A model generated the notes under the pieces. The model saw only the letters and a list, made by a program, of their open reading frames with translations, ran no database searches and was not told the origin of the DNA. The translations under genes and the position numbers were made by a program. DNA of 64,000 nucleotides, taken from positions 3,583 through 67,582 of the forward strand of contig DATBRS010000135.1 in assembly GCA_036560185.1 (NCBI GenBank), given 5' to 3'. Positions 63,831 to 64,000 of the stretch are shown in pieces; positions within the stretch are counted from its first letter, which is position 1; every line of letters starts with the position of its first letter. Source of the stretch: Myxococcota bacterium. Lineage in GTDB: Bacteria > Myxococcota_A > UBA9160 > UBA6930.

Positions 63831-64000
63831 GGGCCCGGCTCCGCGCACTGGTGTCGGCTTGTTGCGGAGTCGTGTCGATCTCCGCCGGCGCAGCCGCGGA
63901 CGCGCGCGCGTGCCCACCCGGCGCGACCGCCACGGTCGAGGAGCAGACGGGAGTGCGAATCGAGACGTGCGTGGACGCGCAAAGCAAGCTCGACGGGCCC
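63827..64000 (+). CDS. Hypothetical exported protein (N-terminal 58 aa; continues beyond the window end)
   Basis: ATG 63827 overlaps the SDR stop (ATGA). My translation is MRARLRALVSACCGVVSISAGAAADARACPPGATATVEEQTGVRIETCVDAQSKLDGP. The frame is GC3-rich and stays open to the window end. Confidence 0.45.
   Translation, partial: MRARLRALVSACCGVVSISAGAAADARACPPGATATVEEQTGVRIETCVDAQSKLDGP

Overview
Very GC-rich bacterial chromosomal DNA (about 70 percent GC by eye, not computed). It is tightly packed with about 62 protein-coding genes on both strands. I found no rRNA, tRNA, CRISPR array, transposase, integrase or phage structural genes. The content is core and peripheral metabolism: molybdenum cofactor genes (moeA-mobA, moaA), msrPQ, hemF, arfB, DNA polymerase II, a redox cluster (grxD, thioredoxin-TPR, fdxA), a NADH-dehydrogenase/SelD fusion, two amidases, a D-aminoacylase, a TauD-type dioxygenase, a Baeyer-Villiger-type monooxygenase, thiolase, CoA-transferase, several SDR and Zn-ADH oxidoreductases, an EPS priming glycosyltransferase, and signalling proteins (an NtrB-like kinase and an REC-PAS-GGDEF-EAL protein). 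The style fits a large high-GC genome such as Myxococcota, but the taxon cannot be established from this window. Stop codons are depleted, so the ORF track contains many long Arg/Ala/Pro-rich shadow ORFs. I called genes from recognisable family motifs, GC3-biased frames, sensible starts and operon geometry; 4-nt GTGA/ATGA overlaps are frequent. I did not find a convincing new multi-gene system of the defence, secretion or mobile type. The strongest unexplained signals are noncoding. First, a conserved 30-nt unit GTGAAC-N17-CGTGAA with core AACGTCCCC sits mirror-symmetrically in the kinase/moeA divergent region, recurs upstream of the tauD-like gene, and its core recurs in the polB intergenic region. 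Second, a 154-bp intergenic block upstream of polB is bounded by perfect 16-bp inverted repeats. Third, a 2 x 98-bp tandem repeat with internal hairpins abuts the osmC start codon. Secondary points are unusual fusions (MFS-MBL, SRPBCC-YciI, NADH dehydrogenase-SelD next to moaA), a signal-less GH46-like peptidoglycan-binding protein, and a G9 tract at the start of an FG-GAP protein gene.
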